DNA from: Promethearchaeota archaeon
GTDB lineage: Archaea > Asgardarchaeota > Lokiarchaeia > Sigyniarchaeales > SOKP01
Assembly: GCA_048938855.1 (NCBI GenBank)
Contig: JBHLLT010000015.1
Span: 1-64,000 of the forward strand
Length of the DNA: 64,000 bases
Reading direction: 5' to 3'
The translations under genes were made by a program, and so were the position numbers. Each line of letters starts with the position of its first letter. Position 1 is the stretch's first letter. Under the pieces are notes generated by a model, which searched no databases, was not told the DNA's origin, and was given only the letters and a program-made list of their open reading frames with translations. Positions 40,041-50,519 of this stretch are shown one piece after another.

Positions 40041-40187
40041 ATGGGACTCAGGTTATTTTTCATTAGAAATCTTATAGCATATTTATGTGAAGATCAAAAG
40101 AATCTTTTAGAAATGGACTTAATTTCGATGTATTTTAGCTCATTAAGAGCATTTGCAGGACAAACAAATATTCAAAAAATTTATTAA
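40041..40187 (+). pseudogene. Fragmentary paralog of the 37974-38723 gene
   Basis: YLCEDQKNLLEMDLISMYFSSLRAFAGQTNI versus YLSENEKSLLEMDLISMYFSSLKVFAGQTNI. Confidence 0.75.
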
Positions 40188-40317
40188 ATTTTACATTAAT
40201 GTATAATCCTTAAAAATAAAGGAATTTTATATTCTTTTTAGTGAAATCTATTTAAAAATGTAATTAAAATTAGATAAAATAGTTTGAAAAAAAATAAAAA
40301 AGATGAGTTGATAAAAA

Positions 40318-42456
40318 ATGAGAAAAAAAACAATAATTTTATTGGTACTAGTAGTAGCACTCTTAAATGTCGTTAATTTTGGAATTTTCTCTCTCCCAAC
40401 TGCAGCCAAAAATACTCATGAACTTCCTGAATATATCGGTGTAGACTGGAACAGCAACCTTGCAGGTGATGTGAAGATGCCTGTAATCGATCCAACAATT
40501 TCAATGTCAGAAAGAACTGGATTATCCATGTCAACACCTCCGGTAGGAACTACTGTAGATGATTGGTATATAGGATCGGTAACTGGTAATTCTCACATGA
40601 CTCTTAGAGCTATTTCTACATATGCGGAAATATGGGTGGCTGAAGATCTCGCATTTCCCGCGGGGGATCCAAGAAATTCTGATCCAAGAAATTATTTAAT
40701 TACTGATGAAATGGCTGAATATCTAGCTGAACAATTTGATTTGTTTATATACGAGAATTGTATCAATTATTTTGGCGCTCCTTATGATAGAGATGGTACT
40801 TATACTATTTTTGAGCTCATAGGTTTTCCTATGTCATATTGGGATTGGATTGAAACAACTGATCCTTATAATCCTCAAAGAGTTATTTTAAAAATCTTAA
40901 ATATACGCGATACTAACTATTATGATCCGACTTATCCGTATTACACGATTGGTTTCTATAGCATTACATATACTCAGCAATATTATAATAGGAACATGGT
41001 TCATATTGATTGTTGGCAATGGTTTGACAATTTAGGTCCGGAAGGATATGAATGGTACTCCGATACAGAAGTAACAGATCCATATACAATTGAACAAGCG
41101 ACTGCTCATGAATATCAACATAATATTCATAGAGATTGGCAACCACATCCAGAAGCTTTTATGAACGAAGGCTGTTCTATGGCTGCTGAATTTCTATGTG
41201 GATATCCCTATCCATGGGGATATGTACCATACTTCTTAGCAACCCCAGATAATTCCCTTGTTGAGTGGGGTGATCAAACTGATGATAACATAATTGCAGA
41301 TTATGCTCATTCTCTATTATGGTGTACATATTTAGCAGATCACTTTGGAGCTGAATTCTTGACTGAATATATACAATCAGGAATCCCTGGCATTGAAGGT
41401 ATTAATACCGCTCTTGACACTTTGGGTTATGCTGAATCTTTTAATGATCTATTCCATGATTGGAGGATTGCCAACTTAATCCATACAGATGATCCAGGAA
41501 ATGGTAGATTTAACTATAAGTCAATTGATTTGAGTGAATTCTTAGCTGGTGATTTTGCTTCGGAAATACCGAGGGTTTATGAAGTAGGAGGAAGAGTTGT
41601 ACCATGGACTTGGGGTTCAGATTTTGGCCATACAGTTGTCTACGGTGGATTATTTGATTTATGGGATGTAATCAATGTTGGATCCTACGGTACCGATTAC
41701 ATTTCTTTTACTGACTTACGAGGTGTTAACGAGATATGGTTCGAGGGAGAACAGTTTGTAGTGACACCAGGATGGGAAGTTTTAAATAGTTTCTGGTATT
41801 CTGGAGCGCAAAATCTTATGAATACACTTATTGCAACTGAAGTTTATGTCGATCCTCTTGATCCATTCTTATATCTAACTACCTATTGGGATATAGAAGA
41901 TTTCTGGGATTTTGGTTTTGTCCAAGTGTCAGAAGATGGAGGTAAATGGGATTCAACTTGGACTTCTTTAGAAAATATATACACTACTTATGATCATGAT
42001 CCAAGTGCTATTATTTGGGCTATAGAAAATCTACCAGGACTTACAAGCTGGAGTGGCTTTATAACACCAGATGGAATAGTTGAAATGACTTTTGATCTCT
42101 CTGCATACGCAGGACAGACGATACATCTGGGTTTCCGATACGTAACAGACTGGGGTACACTTTATGAAGGCTGGTATCTTTTGGAAGGAACAGTAGGTGG
42201 AACAGAGATCTTATCTACACTTGAACATGTATATCCTCCAGTTAATTGGATGGTTAGCATTGTGGAAAGAATGACACTTCCGACGGGAGATGTGAGCTAC
42301 ATTGTTAATGACATTGCTATGTCTGATGATGGTACATGGGGATTGGGTGTTATTAATGTAAATCATTTAGAAGATATTATCTTGGTTATAAGCCCTATAA
42401 CGGATATAGGTGTCGCAGACTATCGCTTTAGAACATATCATCCAAAGTTTTCGTAA
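40318..42456 (+). CDS. Secreted zinc metallopeptidase (M30 / immune inhibitor A-like)
   Basis: Signal peptide, AHEYQHNIH...NEG.S, YWDIE..WDFG.V, FRY.TD C-terminal domain. Confidence 0.8.
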   Translation: MRKKTIILLVLVVALLNVVNFGIFSLPTAAKNTHELPEYIGVDWNSNLAGDVKMPVIDPTISMSERTGLSMSTPPVGTTVDDWYIGSVTGNSHMTLRAISTYAEIWVAEDLAFPAGDPRNSDPRNYLITDEMAEYLAEQFDLFIYENCINYFGAPYDRDGTYTIFELIGFPMSYWDWIETTDPYNPQRVILKILNIRDTNYYDPTYPYYTIGFYSITYTQQYYNRNMVHIDCWQWFDNLGPEGYEWYSDTEVTDPYTIEQATAHEYQHNIHRDWQPHPEAFMNEGCSMAAEFLCGYPYPWGYVPYFLATPDNSLVEWGDQTDDNIIADYAHSLLWCTYLADHFGAEFLTEYIQSGIPGIEGINTALDTLGYAESFNDLFHDWRIANLIHTDDPGNGRFNYKSIDLSEFLAGDFASEIPRVYEVGGRVVPWTWGSDFGHTVVYGGLFDLWDVINVGSYGTDYISFTDLRGVNEIWFEGEQFVVTPGWEVLNSFWYSGAQNLMNTLIATEVYVDPLDPFLYLTTYWDIEDFWDFGFVQVSEDGGKWDSTWTSLENIYTTYDHDPSAIIWAIENLPGLTSWSGFITPDGIVEMTFDLSAYAGQTIHLGFRYVTDWGTLYEGWYLLEGTVGGTEILSTLEHVYPPVNWMVSIVERMTLPTGDVSYIVNDIAMSDDGTWGLGVINVNHLEDIILVISPITDIGVADYRFRTYHPKFS

Positions 42457-42743
42457 TGAAGAAAGTTGTTGTGTTTTATGTTTAAAAATAATCATTAATA
42501 TTTTTTTTTTTAAATTTTCCTTTATCTTGTAATATATATGATTTAATAAATTTGCATTCGTTTTCCTTTTTTAGATTAAAATAACAATCAGGACAAAAAA
42601 TAGCTACTATAGAATTATTCCAGCCCAGTTGTTTTTTCTTAGCAAGACAGAAATATCACACTTTTAAACTTTGCCATTACTTCGAACTTCGCAAAAAGTT
42701 TTATAATAAAAACTATTAATCGAAGCCTGAATATATAATAATT

Positions 42744-43151
42744 ATGAGCCTAATTACAATTGGTAAAGAAATAAATATTGCAGAAATAACCATTCCTTTC
42801 TCTGAATTTGGAGAAACAAAAATTACTCCAGATTTATATGAAGGTACTGAAAAAATTCCATTTTCAGATAGAGATCCCAAATACAAGAAGATTTTAAAGG
42901 ATGAGTTTACTCAAGGATCTCTCTTCGAAATGTACAAACATCTAATCAAAATTGATTACATATTAACCAAACTGAGCGAGTAAAAAATGTCAGTTAATTA
43001 TTATATGTTTTTGGAAGAAGTTAGGTTAATCACTAGTCAATTAGACGTGATAGAAGAATCGAACAACGAAAAAGTGTTAAAATCATTTTTTTTCATAGAT
43101 GACCTTATTTCAAAATTGAAAAATGTTAACAATCTATTAATGGGGAAGTAA
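42744..43151 (+). pseudogene. Two in-frame small ORFs (42744-42983, 42987-43151), possibly one gene split by TAA
   Basis: GAG TAA AAA ATG junction keeps the same frame. Confidence 0.4.
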
Positions 43152-43223
43152 AAAAGATGACAGGAAAGGGAAATAGAATAATAATCATAAGGAATGAAGT
43201 AATTGTTCGGTTATGAATGAACT

Positions 43224-44069
43224 TCAAAAAATTTGTAGATCATTCCCAGAAATCAATTTTCCAGTATATCCCTCTTTTACTTCTGCAACTAATTCTGCTT
43301 CACTAGCACCCCAGAAAAGTTGGTGATAAAGAATTAATAACTTTGGTTTTACTTTAGAAGCTATCTCCGCAAGCTCATAAGATGAAGTATGTACACTCGA
43401 ATGGTATTTTTTCCATTTTGGTGGCAAAGTCTCAAACTTTTTTGAAGAATAAACTTCATGGATTAAAATATCACACTCTTTATAAAAATCAATACACTCA
43501 TCAAAGGGAGCAGTATCTCCTGAAATAACAATCTTTTCATTATGTGTATTAAACTTATATCCAAACGATGTTAATGTTCCATGATTAACTGGAAACGCTT
43601 CAACTTTTATATTTTTATCCTCATAAACCACTCCAGGTGTTATTTCATTTACATTGACTTTATAACCTGAAGAATTTGCTGGTTCTAAGCCATCGATTCT
43701 TTCTTTTATATCTAAATTGTATGCTTTAATAATATGATTCGTCATTTTCTGAGTGCCTTGAGGACCAAAAACGTCAAGAGGACGCGTTCTTCCCATTATC
43801 CAAGGAGTTAAAATTAGATCAGGATATCCAAGAGTATGATCAGAATGTAAATGAGTTAAAAAACCTTTTGTCAATTGAGAAGATTCTAGAGCTTTAATCC
43901 CAAGATTGAAATATGCAAAATCTGTTCTACGAGTAATACCTACTCCAAAATCGATTAAATAAGAGAGATTATTTACAATTATTGCTAGAGAGGGCCCCAT
44001 TCTTTCGGGATCAGGATTTGGATTTCCAGTCCCTAAGAGAATAACTTTAGTATCTCTTGAATTGATCAT
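43224..44069 (-). CDS. MBL-fold hydrolase, RNase Z / arylsulfatase-like
   Basis: LLGTG.P, THLHSDH, SGDT, LIHE, HT, YH. Confidence 0.85.
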   Translation of the reverse strand: MINSRDTKVILLGTGNPNPDPERMGPSLAIIVNNLSYLIDFGVGITRRTDFAYFNLGIKALESSQLTKGFLTHLHSDHTLGYPDLILTPWIMGRTRPLDVFGPQGTQKMTNHIIKAYNLDIKERIDGLEPANSSGYKVNVNEITPGVVYEDKNIKVEAFPVNHGTLTSFGYKFNTHNEKIVISGDTAPFDECIDFYKECDILIHEVYSSKKFETLPPKWKKYHSSVHTSSYELAEIASKVKPKLLILYHQLFWGASEAELVAEVKEGYTGKLISGNDLQIF

Positions 44070-44156
44070 CTTTCATCCATTTCATTGAATTATAAAAAGA
44101 ATATTAATATTATTCAATGAGATTCTATTTAGAAATTTATGTATTAGATTTTGACT

Positions 44157-45944
44157 TTATGCTCTGTAGGTTGGGTACCAATATAAATTCCTCATACAAT
44201 TATATGGAAAACCCTTCAAGTTAGCAACATGTGTAAAGTAGATTTTATCGTACTCTAAAGGCATGTGGTAGTATTGTACATCGATAATATACCCTTGAAG
44301 TCTCTGGTACAAAATGTACCTCGCAGTAGTATTAGTTTCAGCAACAGTCTGCTCTAAGAGATCTTGTAAATGAGGATCATTGATTCTAGCAAAGTTGGAA
44401 GCAGAAGCATTATTGACCAATGGATCAATCATATTGAAAGTCTCAAAATAATCAGGACCATATCCAAGATAATAAATGTGAAGTCTTTCGGGATGAAGTT
44501 GGCCCATCCTAATAAATTGATCCCAGGTTAATATCTGGGGGACAACATCGACTCCAATTAGATCCATATCTTCCGTGAATCGTTGGATAAGAAGTACCAT
44601 AAAATGACTCCCTTGTCTATGACGGAAGTTCCATTGATTATTTGAAAAGTTTCCTATATCTGGAATGAATTGTGCTGATGTCCATAGAGTTTCATTGGCT
44701 CCAGGAGTGAAGATATCTCCATGCATCGTACCTACATCCCATCCTACTCCAAAACCCATAGATTGCATAAAAGTTCTTGCTATAGGGATATTATAATCGG
44801 CTCCTCTGGTTGACGAGTTGTGAGCAGGAAAGCCTGATGGGACGAGTGAATTAGCTTTTACCTTGGTGCCTTCATCTATATCATGGATAAGATATGAATA
44901 ATTAAACGCATGTGATATAGCTTTTCTCCAAGTTATATTAATACATATACTATTAAATGCTAAATACCAATAAATCGATCCATTGATATATGGATTGATT
45001 CCGTCTCCAGTTACAATGATATCTGGATCTAACTCAAAATAAGGCTTGAGCGAAGCTAGACCTTGCCCTAAATAATCAATATCTAAGGCTAGCATTGCGT
45101 TATTAGCAGTAACAGCATCTCTATAATATACATAGACAATTTGACCCCAATAAGCTCCAGTTCTCCAATATCTCTCCCATCGGGCAAATCGAATCTCTGA
45201 GTTAGGAATATATCTCACCAATTTGAAAGGACCAGTCCCAATAACTAAATCTTCACTAGGATCTAACATTTCATACTTAGGAGTAGATGTATGCCCTACA
45301 ATTGCGCTTGCGGTGTAGGCTATTAAACCTTCAAAAGGAGCGAATGGAGCATTTAAAAAGAGCATAACTGTATATGGATCAGATGTGTTATGAGCATTCC
45401 ACCAGGCTCTACTGAGAGTATCATTAAAGATTGGAGTACCATCACCAAATTTATAGAGAAAATGTGGAGAGGCTTGGGTATAAATATTCGGATCTAACGT
45501 TCCTGTCCAGTTGCCAAAATAGTTAATTCTTTCGAAAGTATGAATAACATCTTCTCCAGTGAAAAGTTCACCGTCATGGAAATATACATTTTGACGAAGT
45601 GTAAATGTAATATTCGTGCCATGTTGAGTAGACGCGAAATCCCAATCTTCAGCAAGTCTTCCTACAAGTGGTAAATCAGGATCGCTAAAATCATAAGCAA
45701 TTAGGGTTTCAACGACCTGATCCAGCATATCATTTGATACACTATCCCAAGAATCCATTGGATCCATAGTAACTGGATTAGACGTTCTCGCGACTTTCAG
45801 CACCTCTCCAGGATAAGGAACATAATCATTATCAAAAGGACCAGAATACAAAAAAATACTTAAAGTGCTAAAAACAATACTGTTGACAACTATAGCAATA
45901 CAGATCAATGAATTTAAAAAACTATCCTTGCTTCTATCCGTCAT
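44157..45944 (-). CDS. ABC peptide-binding protein (family 5, OppA/DppA-like)
   Basis: TMDP, ETL, LAE.W, FTLRQNVYFHDG, IGTGPF. Confidence 0.88.
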   Translation of the reverse strand: MTDRSKDSFLNSLICIAIVVNSIVFSTLSIFLYSGPFDNDYVPYPGEVLKVARTSNPVTMDPMDSWDSVSNDMLDQVVETLIAYDFSDPDLPLVGRLAEDWDFASTQHGTNITFTLRQNVYFHDGELFTGEDVIHTFERINYFGNWTGTLDPNIYTQASPHFLYKFGDGTPIFNDTLSRAWWNAHNTSDPYTVMLFLNAPFAPFEGLIAYTASAIVGHTSTPKYEMLDPSEDLVIGTGPFKLVRYIPNSEIRFARWERYWRTGAYWGQIVYVYYRDAVTANNAMLALDIDYLGQGLASLKPYFELDPDIIVTGDGINPYINGSIYWYLAFNSICINITWRKAISHAFNYSYLIHDIDEGTKVKANSLVPSGFPAHNSSTRGADYNIPIARTFMQSMGFGVGWDVGTMHGDIFTPGANETLWTSAQFIPDIGNFSNNQWNFRHRQGSHFMVLLIQRFTEDMDLIGVDVVPQILTWDQFIRMGQLHPERLHIYYLGYGPDYFETFNMIDPLVNNASASNFARINDPHLQDLLEQTVAETNTTARYILYQRLQGYIIDVQYYHMPLEYDKIYFTHVANLKGFPYNCMRNLYWYPTYRA

Positions 45945-45972
45945 CTTAATCACTTATCAATTATTAATTTCA

Positions 45973-46491
45973 TTAAAAAATTAAAAATATAGCAAAACCA
46001 ATGGCAAAACTTGCTAAATTTGCAGAGATTGTAGCTTTTATAATAATCATGTTGTTTACTCTGTACTCAAAATAATGGAGATCATTGAATTTTCCATATA
46101 TCTTTAGATTCAATAAACATTCTAATAAAAGTGGAAAAGCTTCAATTGCAATGCAAAAAAATAAAAAGTAATTTAAATCAATAAAATTTGGTCTGTATAA
46201 GAAAAAAGCAAAAAGTTGTGTTAGTGGAAATGTGACTAGATTAACTGCGAATACTGATTTGTAAAATTTTTTAGAATTTTCTTTAAATTTATTTGGTTTT
46301 AAAAAAATACTAATTATAAAACTTTCAATAATAAACGTAATAATAAAAAGTAAAACTAATTCAAGAAGTATATAAGGATGCCATAATAAGACTTGGGGCA
46401 AAATTGAAAATAATGATACTAAAAAGGGTAATATAAAAAATGGTGTTATTACGAAGATTACTATTACCTTTTTTAATTTTTTAAAATTCAT
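45973..46491 (-). CDS. Hypothetical membrane protein
   Basis: TFIIE, VNLVTFPLTQ, ANLASF; about 5 TMs; likely ATG start at 46491. Confidence 0.65.
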   Translation of the reverse strand: MNFKKLKKVIVIFVITPFFILPFLVSLFSILPQVLLWHPYILLELVLLFIITFIIESFIISIFLKPNKFKENSKKFYKSVFAVNLVTFPLTQLFAFFLYRPNFIDLNYFLFFCIAIEAFPLLLECLLNLKIYGKFNDLHYFEYRVNNMIIIKATISANLASFAIGFAIFLIF

Positions 46492-46764
46492 TCTAAAAAA
46501 AATACTATTTTTTGGTTTTCTATATAATTGGGAAATAATTTCTTTAGTCAAAATATAAATCTTTTTCAAGTTTTGGGATTGTTTTATATTATCGTAACAT
46601 TTATTGGGATTTTACGAGATTTTTTCCTTTTATCATTAAAATAAGTTTTTTCGCTTGTATAATTATTTTAAATAGTCCCTTCTGTTATACCTATTAAAAT
46701 TAACTAGGAGATTATTAGATAAACTTGAAAATATTTATAAAGCTTAAAATTGAAATCTTAAAAC

Positions 46765-48834
46765 ATGAAATTCAAAAATAATTTTTTTAAAAAATTTAAT
46801 TCTGAACTCATTTTATTAACGGTGATGTTTCTATTCTTTTTCCAATTACTCGGTGATTTAATTGAATCTGTTTATATGCTAGATCTCCTAAATTTAGAAT
46901 TAGATGAAAAAGCAGCTGGACTATTTTTCTTATTTACTCCTCTTATATTGTTATTTTTTAGAAGAAAGATTCCTAATTACTTTTTAGAGGCTGTAGCAAT
47001 AATTTGCATTGTTTTTCGACTTATTTCACCATTTTTGGATTCAGCAAATAGAATTATAACTTCTGGAATCGGTGTAGGAAGTTTTATGCTTTTCCTTCCG
47101 CTCTATTATTTTCATGGTATAAAAACTCAAAATTCGGATAAAGCGGGACAATTAGGGTTAAAATTAGGTATTGGGCTTGCTTCTGCTATTTTGCTTTCTA
47201 TTACTCTAAGAGCATTAAATTCTACTGTTGATCTTTCAATATATGGATATTTTCAGTTTATAGGTTGGGTTCTTGGAATTATTGGGATTCTATCAATAAT
47301 TAGTAGAATTAAAGAACCTCAAGTAGAAGAAGCTATAAATAATCCAAATAATTTAGAAACAACTAATCTAGCAAATAATCAAACTAGAAAGAGACTTTCT
47401 CTAAAGGGTGTTAAATTATTATCTCTAGGACTTGTGAGCGTATTGACCCTTAATTTCTTTGCATTCATCAGTCCTACCGTTATTTCAAGATGGACTGAGG
47501 GGGACTACATAACAATAACAATAAGCATAGCAGCCGTAATAGCCTTTACAATATTTATATTAGCTTTCAAACCAGGAATTCTTAGTAAATTGAATTCACG
47601 AATCTTATGGATTTGGAACCTACTATATGTGGTATCGCTTGTACTAACGATTGCAGTCCATACATTTCCATTTCCTGCAAATCCAAGTTCAGATCCTGTA
47701 ATTATTAATCACCCTATAGGATGGTGGTATTATATTCCATTAGTAGTAATGATCGCTTTGTTACCGATTATTTTCATTGATTTTACACTTCTTTCTAGAG
47801 AGATGATTAATAAACATCCAAAACCCTCAAAATTGGGTGGAGGTTTTGCTATAGGGAGTCTATTTTTCGTATTTGTTATGTTTATGCTTGTATTTACAAA
47901 TATCTGGGGATATGTCGATCCCATTAGTCAGCTTTTCCGAAATTTATATTGGCTTCCTTTCTTATTAGTGGGTGTAGCAATTCCAATAATGGGAAAGGCG
48001 ATCTTTAAAAGAAACACATTGGAATTTAAATCTATAATTATTAATTTTAAAAATAAATTAATCGTCGGTTTATTCATCGGCCTTTTAATAATAGGAACTA
48101 CTTTATCAGTAACAATATGGGAACTCCGTCCTAAAAATCAAGATACAAGCGGGATTACCTCAATAAAAGTAATGACATATAATATTCAACAAGGAGTAAA
48201 CGTAAATGGAGAAAAAAATTATGACAGGCAACTAGCAATTATTCAAGCCGTTAATCCAGATATTATAGGTTTACAAGAATGTGATACAGCAAGAATGACC
48301 CATGGTAGCTCTGATGTTGTGCGTTATTTTGCTAACCGATTAAATTATTATTCTTTTTATGGTCCAAGAACAGTAACAGGAACATACGGAACTGCTGTAC
48401 TTTCTAAGTATCCAATTATTAGTGCTAAAACAATTTTTACATACAGTAATGTGGATGAAATTGGAACAACTGAAGTTCAGATTAGAGTAGGAGCAACAAC
48501 CTTTAATATTTATGTGAATCATCCCGCTGGAAGTGATGCTGCACATCTAGCACATATGCAAACCTTAATGGCTCAAATTGGAGTAAAGACGAATGTAATA
48601 TCAATGGGAGATTTTAACACAGAACCAGATTCTATTTACTACAATATGTCTGTTGCAGTTTTAAAAGATGCCTGGGTAAATGCATCATTAAGTGGAGTTG
48701 AGGGGGCCAGTTTTAACATATCAGAACGCATTGATCATATATTTGTATCTCATAGTTTTATAGTGACAGAAACAAGATATCTCAATTATCTTGCATCAGA
48801 TCATCCAGCGCTTTGGACTGAACTCCAATTTTAA
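46765..48834 (+). CDS. Multi-TM protein with C-terminal EEP domain (CWH43/PGAP2IP-like)
   Basis: MTYNIQQG, GLQECD, LSKYPI, MGDFN, RIDHIF, SDH. Confidence 0.8.
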   Translation: MKFKNNFFKKFNSELILLTVMFLFFFQLLGDLIESVYMLDLLNLELDEKAAGLFFLFTPLILLFFRRKIPNYFLEAVAIICIVFRLISPFLDSANRIITSGIGVGSFMLFLPLYYFHGIKTQNSDKAGQLGLKLGIGLASAILLSITLRALNSTVDLSIYGYFQFIGWVLGIIGILSIISRIKEPQVEEAINNPNNLETTNLANNQTRKRLSLKGVKLLSLGLVSVLTLNFFAFISPTVISRWTEGDYITITISIAAVIAFTIFILAFKPGILSKLNSRILWIWNLLYVVSLVLTIAVHTFPFPANPSSDPVIINHPIGWWYYIPLVVMIALLPIIFIDFTLLSREMINKHPKPSKLGGGFAIGSLFFVFVMFMLVFTNIWGYVDPISQLFRNLYWLPFLLVGVAIPIMGKAIFKRNTLEFKSIIINFKNKLIVGLFIGLLIIGTTLSVTIWELRPKNQDTSGITSIKVMTYNIQQGVNVNGEKNYDRQLAIIQAVNPDIIGLQECDTARMTHGSSDVVRYFANRLNYYSFYGPRTVTGTYGTAVLSKYPIISAKTIFTYSNVDEIGTTEVQIRVGATTFNIYVNHPAGSDAAHLAHMQTLMAQIGVKTNVISMGDFNTEPDSIYYNMSVAVLKDAWVNASLSGVEGASFNISERIDHIFVSHSFIVTETRYLNYLASDHPALWTELQF

Positions 48835-49006
48835 ATTTATTTTTTCTTAATTTTAATTGTTTCTGATGAAATCTTTTTTCCTAACCTTCAAAAACTTCAA
48901 AATCATTCCAAATGGATTTATAATATTTCTTTAATCCTATTTTATTAAGTATACAAAAATTTAGTATACAACAATTTAAATTAATAATAAATAAAAAGTG
49001 AAATGA

Positions 49007-49339
49007 ATGAGTTTTGATGAATTTGATGAAGATTTAGGCGGAGAAGAGCCAATGAAATCTAAAACTCCCGCCTCTAAAACCCCCTCAAGTGGAAAGAAAC
49101 TAACGTTATACTTTATGTCTACCATTGGTCCTGGTGAAAAAAAGGAAAAATTGACAGTGAATGACAGCAATCATGTGAGTGATATTAAGCAGACATTAGG
49201 AAATTTATATGGTCTTGATCCTAATGACTTTCACTTATCTTCTGGTGGAGTTACCATGGATGAAAACAGCGCTTTAAGAGATTATAGTGTTAACGATGGT
49301 GATGATATTCTTTTAATCCCAGCAAGTACTGCTGGTTAG
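49007..49339 (+). CDS. Ubiquitin-like protein with acidic N-terminal extension, C-terminus STAG
   Basis: Beta-grasp pattern (VSDIKQ.L, L...G..MD....L.DY.V.DGD.I.L); ends in Gly. Confidence 0.75.
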   Translation: MSFDEFDEDLGGEEPMKSKTPASKTPSSGKKLTLYFMSTIGPGEKKEKLTVNDSNHVSDIKQTLGNLYGLDPNDFHLSSGGVTMDENSALRDYSVNDGDDILLIPASTAG

Positions 49340-49410
49340 TATTCTTTCAAAATTTTTTTTCTTTTTTTTTTATTTATATTTTAAATTGCAGTTACAATTT
49401 TATTGATCAA

Positions 49411-49592
49411 TACACACTGAATGTAAATTTTTTTTCCATTACACACTCCTAAAATAATTAAGAAAATATGAGAAAAACGTCTCTTCTAGTTGTTTTTGAG
49501 GTTTAATAATAATTTAATACACACTCTGATCCACAACATTTAAATATGATAATACACACTTTATGATCAGAGAATAAAAAATTATACACACT
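49411..49592 (+). repeat. Five direct repeats of TACACACT, probable operator array
   Basis: Copies start at 49411, 49440, 49518, 49553 and 49585. Confidence 0.75.
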
Positions 49593-49630
49593 CAAAAAAA
49601 AATAAAAATAAAAAAATGGTGAAAAAAAAA

Positions 49631-49714
49631 ATGGAAAATAGTTATGAATATTACAAGGATATTAAAGCCCATTTCGACGCTAAAAGAGCGTTTATTGGAA
49701 AAATGTATTATTAA
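49631..49714 (+). CDS. 27-aa peptide (not in ORF track)
   Basis: MENSYEYYKDIKAHFDAKRAFIGKMYY*, with GGTGA SD upstream. Confidence 0.5.
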   Translation: MENSYEYYKDIKAHFDAKRAFIGKMYY

Positions 49715-49807
49715 ATACAATTTTTTTTATTTTTTTTTATCAAGATTATCAAAATTATTAAATTATACTAAAGAAAAGAAAAACAACAAATTAGAGGTAA
49801 AGAAAAA

Positions 49808-50491
49808 TTGAAAATATCTGGATCAGGAACCCTCTCAGAGGGAACAATAAATGATGAATTATATGTTTCCGGTTCAGCAAAAATAAAAGGAAATTTTGAA
49901 TGTAATGGTTTTTATTCTTCTGGATCTTTGAGAGGACAAGGAAACTTAATTGTTCATGGCGACATTAAGAGTTCAGGCTCATTTAGACTCGCTGGAAACC
50001 TTTATGGAGATGGTGACCTCAGATCATCTGGTTCAACCTCCATTGATGGCGAAGTGATAATGAAAGGAAAACTTCATGTTTCAGGCTCATTAAGAGCTGG
50101 AAATAAAGTTGAAGCTCATGATGGAATCAAAGTATCTGGTTCTGCTAGAGTTCAAGGTGATATTTTAACTTTAGAGGCTTTGGATATTTCTGGATCAAGT
50201 CTAGTTAACGGAAATATAACAGGAACAGATGTAATTTTAGGACGTGAAAAAATATTAAGTAGAAGCATATATAAACATCCTAATAAGGTGTATGGTACGA
50301 TACTCGCAAGAAACAATATTAGACTCATAAGTGCACTTGTTGATGGTGATGTAAAGGGTCGGGATGTATTTATAGGTCGAGGAACAGAAATTTCAGGAAT
50401 TGTTTATTATGTTGATACTATTGAAGTTCACGATAAGGCTACTTTAGCTCATGAGCCTGTTAAAATTTCAGAAGAAGAATTACATTTATAA
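49808..50491 (+). CDS. Bactofilin-like polymer-forming beta-helix protein
   Basis: Repeated (V/I)SGS.xI.G units. Confidence 0.8.
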   Translation: MKISGSGTLSEGTINDELYVSGSAKIKGNFECNGFYSSGSLRGQGNLIVHGDIKSSGSFRLAGNLYGDGDLRSSGSTSIDGEVIMKGKLHVSGSLRAGNKVEAHDGIKVSGSARVQGDILTLEALDISGSSLVNGNITGTDVILGREKILSRSIYKHPNKVYGTILARNNIRLISALVDGDVKGRDVFIGRGTEISGIVYYVDTIEVHDKATLAHEPVKISEEELHL

Positions 50492-50519
50492 AAATAAATT
50501 AGGTATGGTGGTTATTAGA

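Noticed and set aside
49411-49592. CRISPR array
   Set aside because: Repeats are only 8 bp, spacing is irregular and there are no cas genes.
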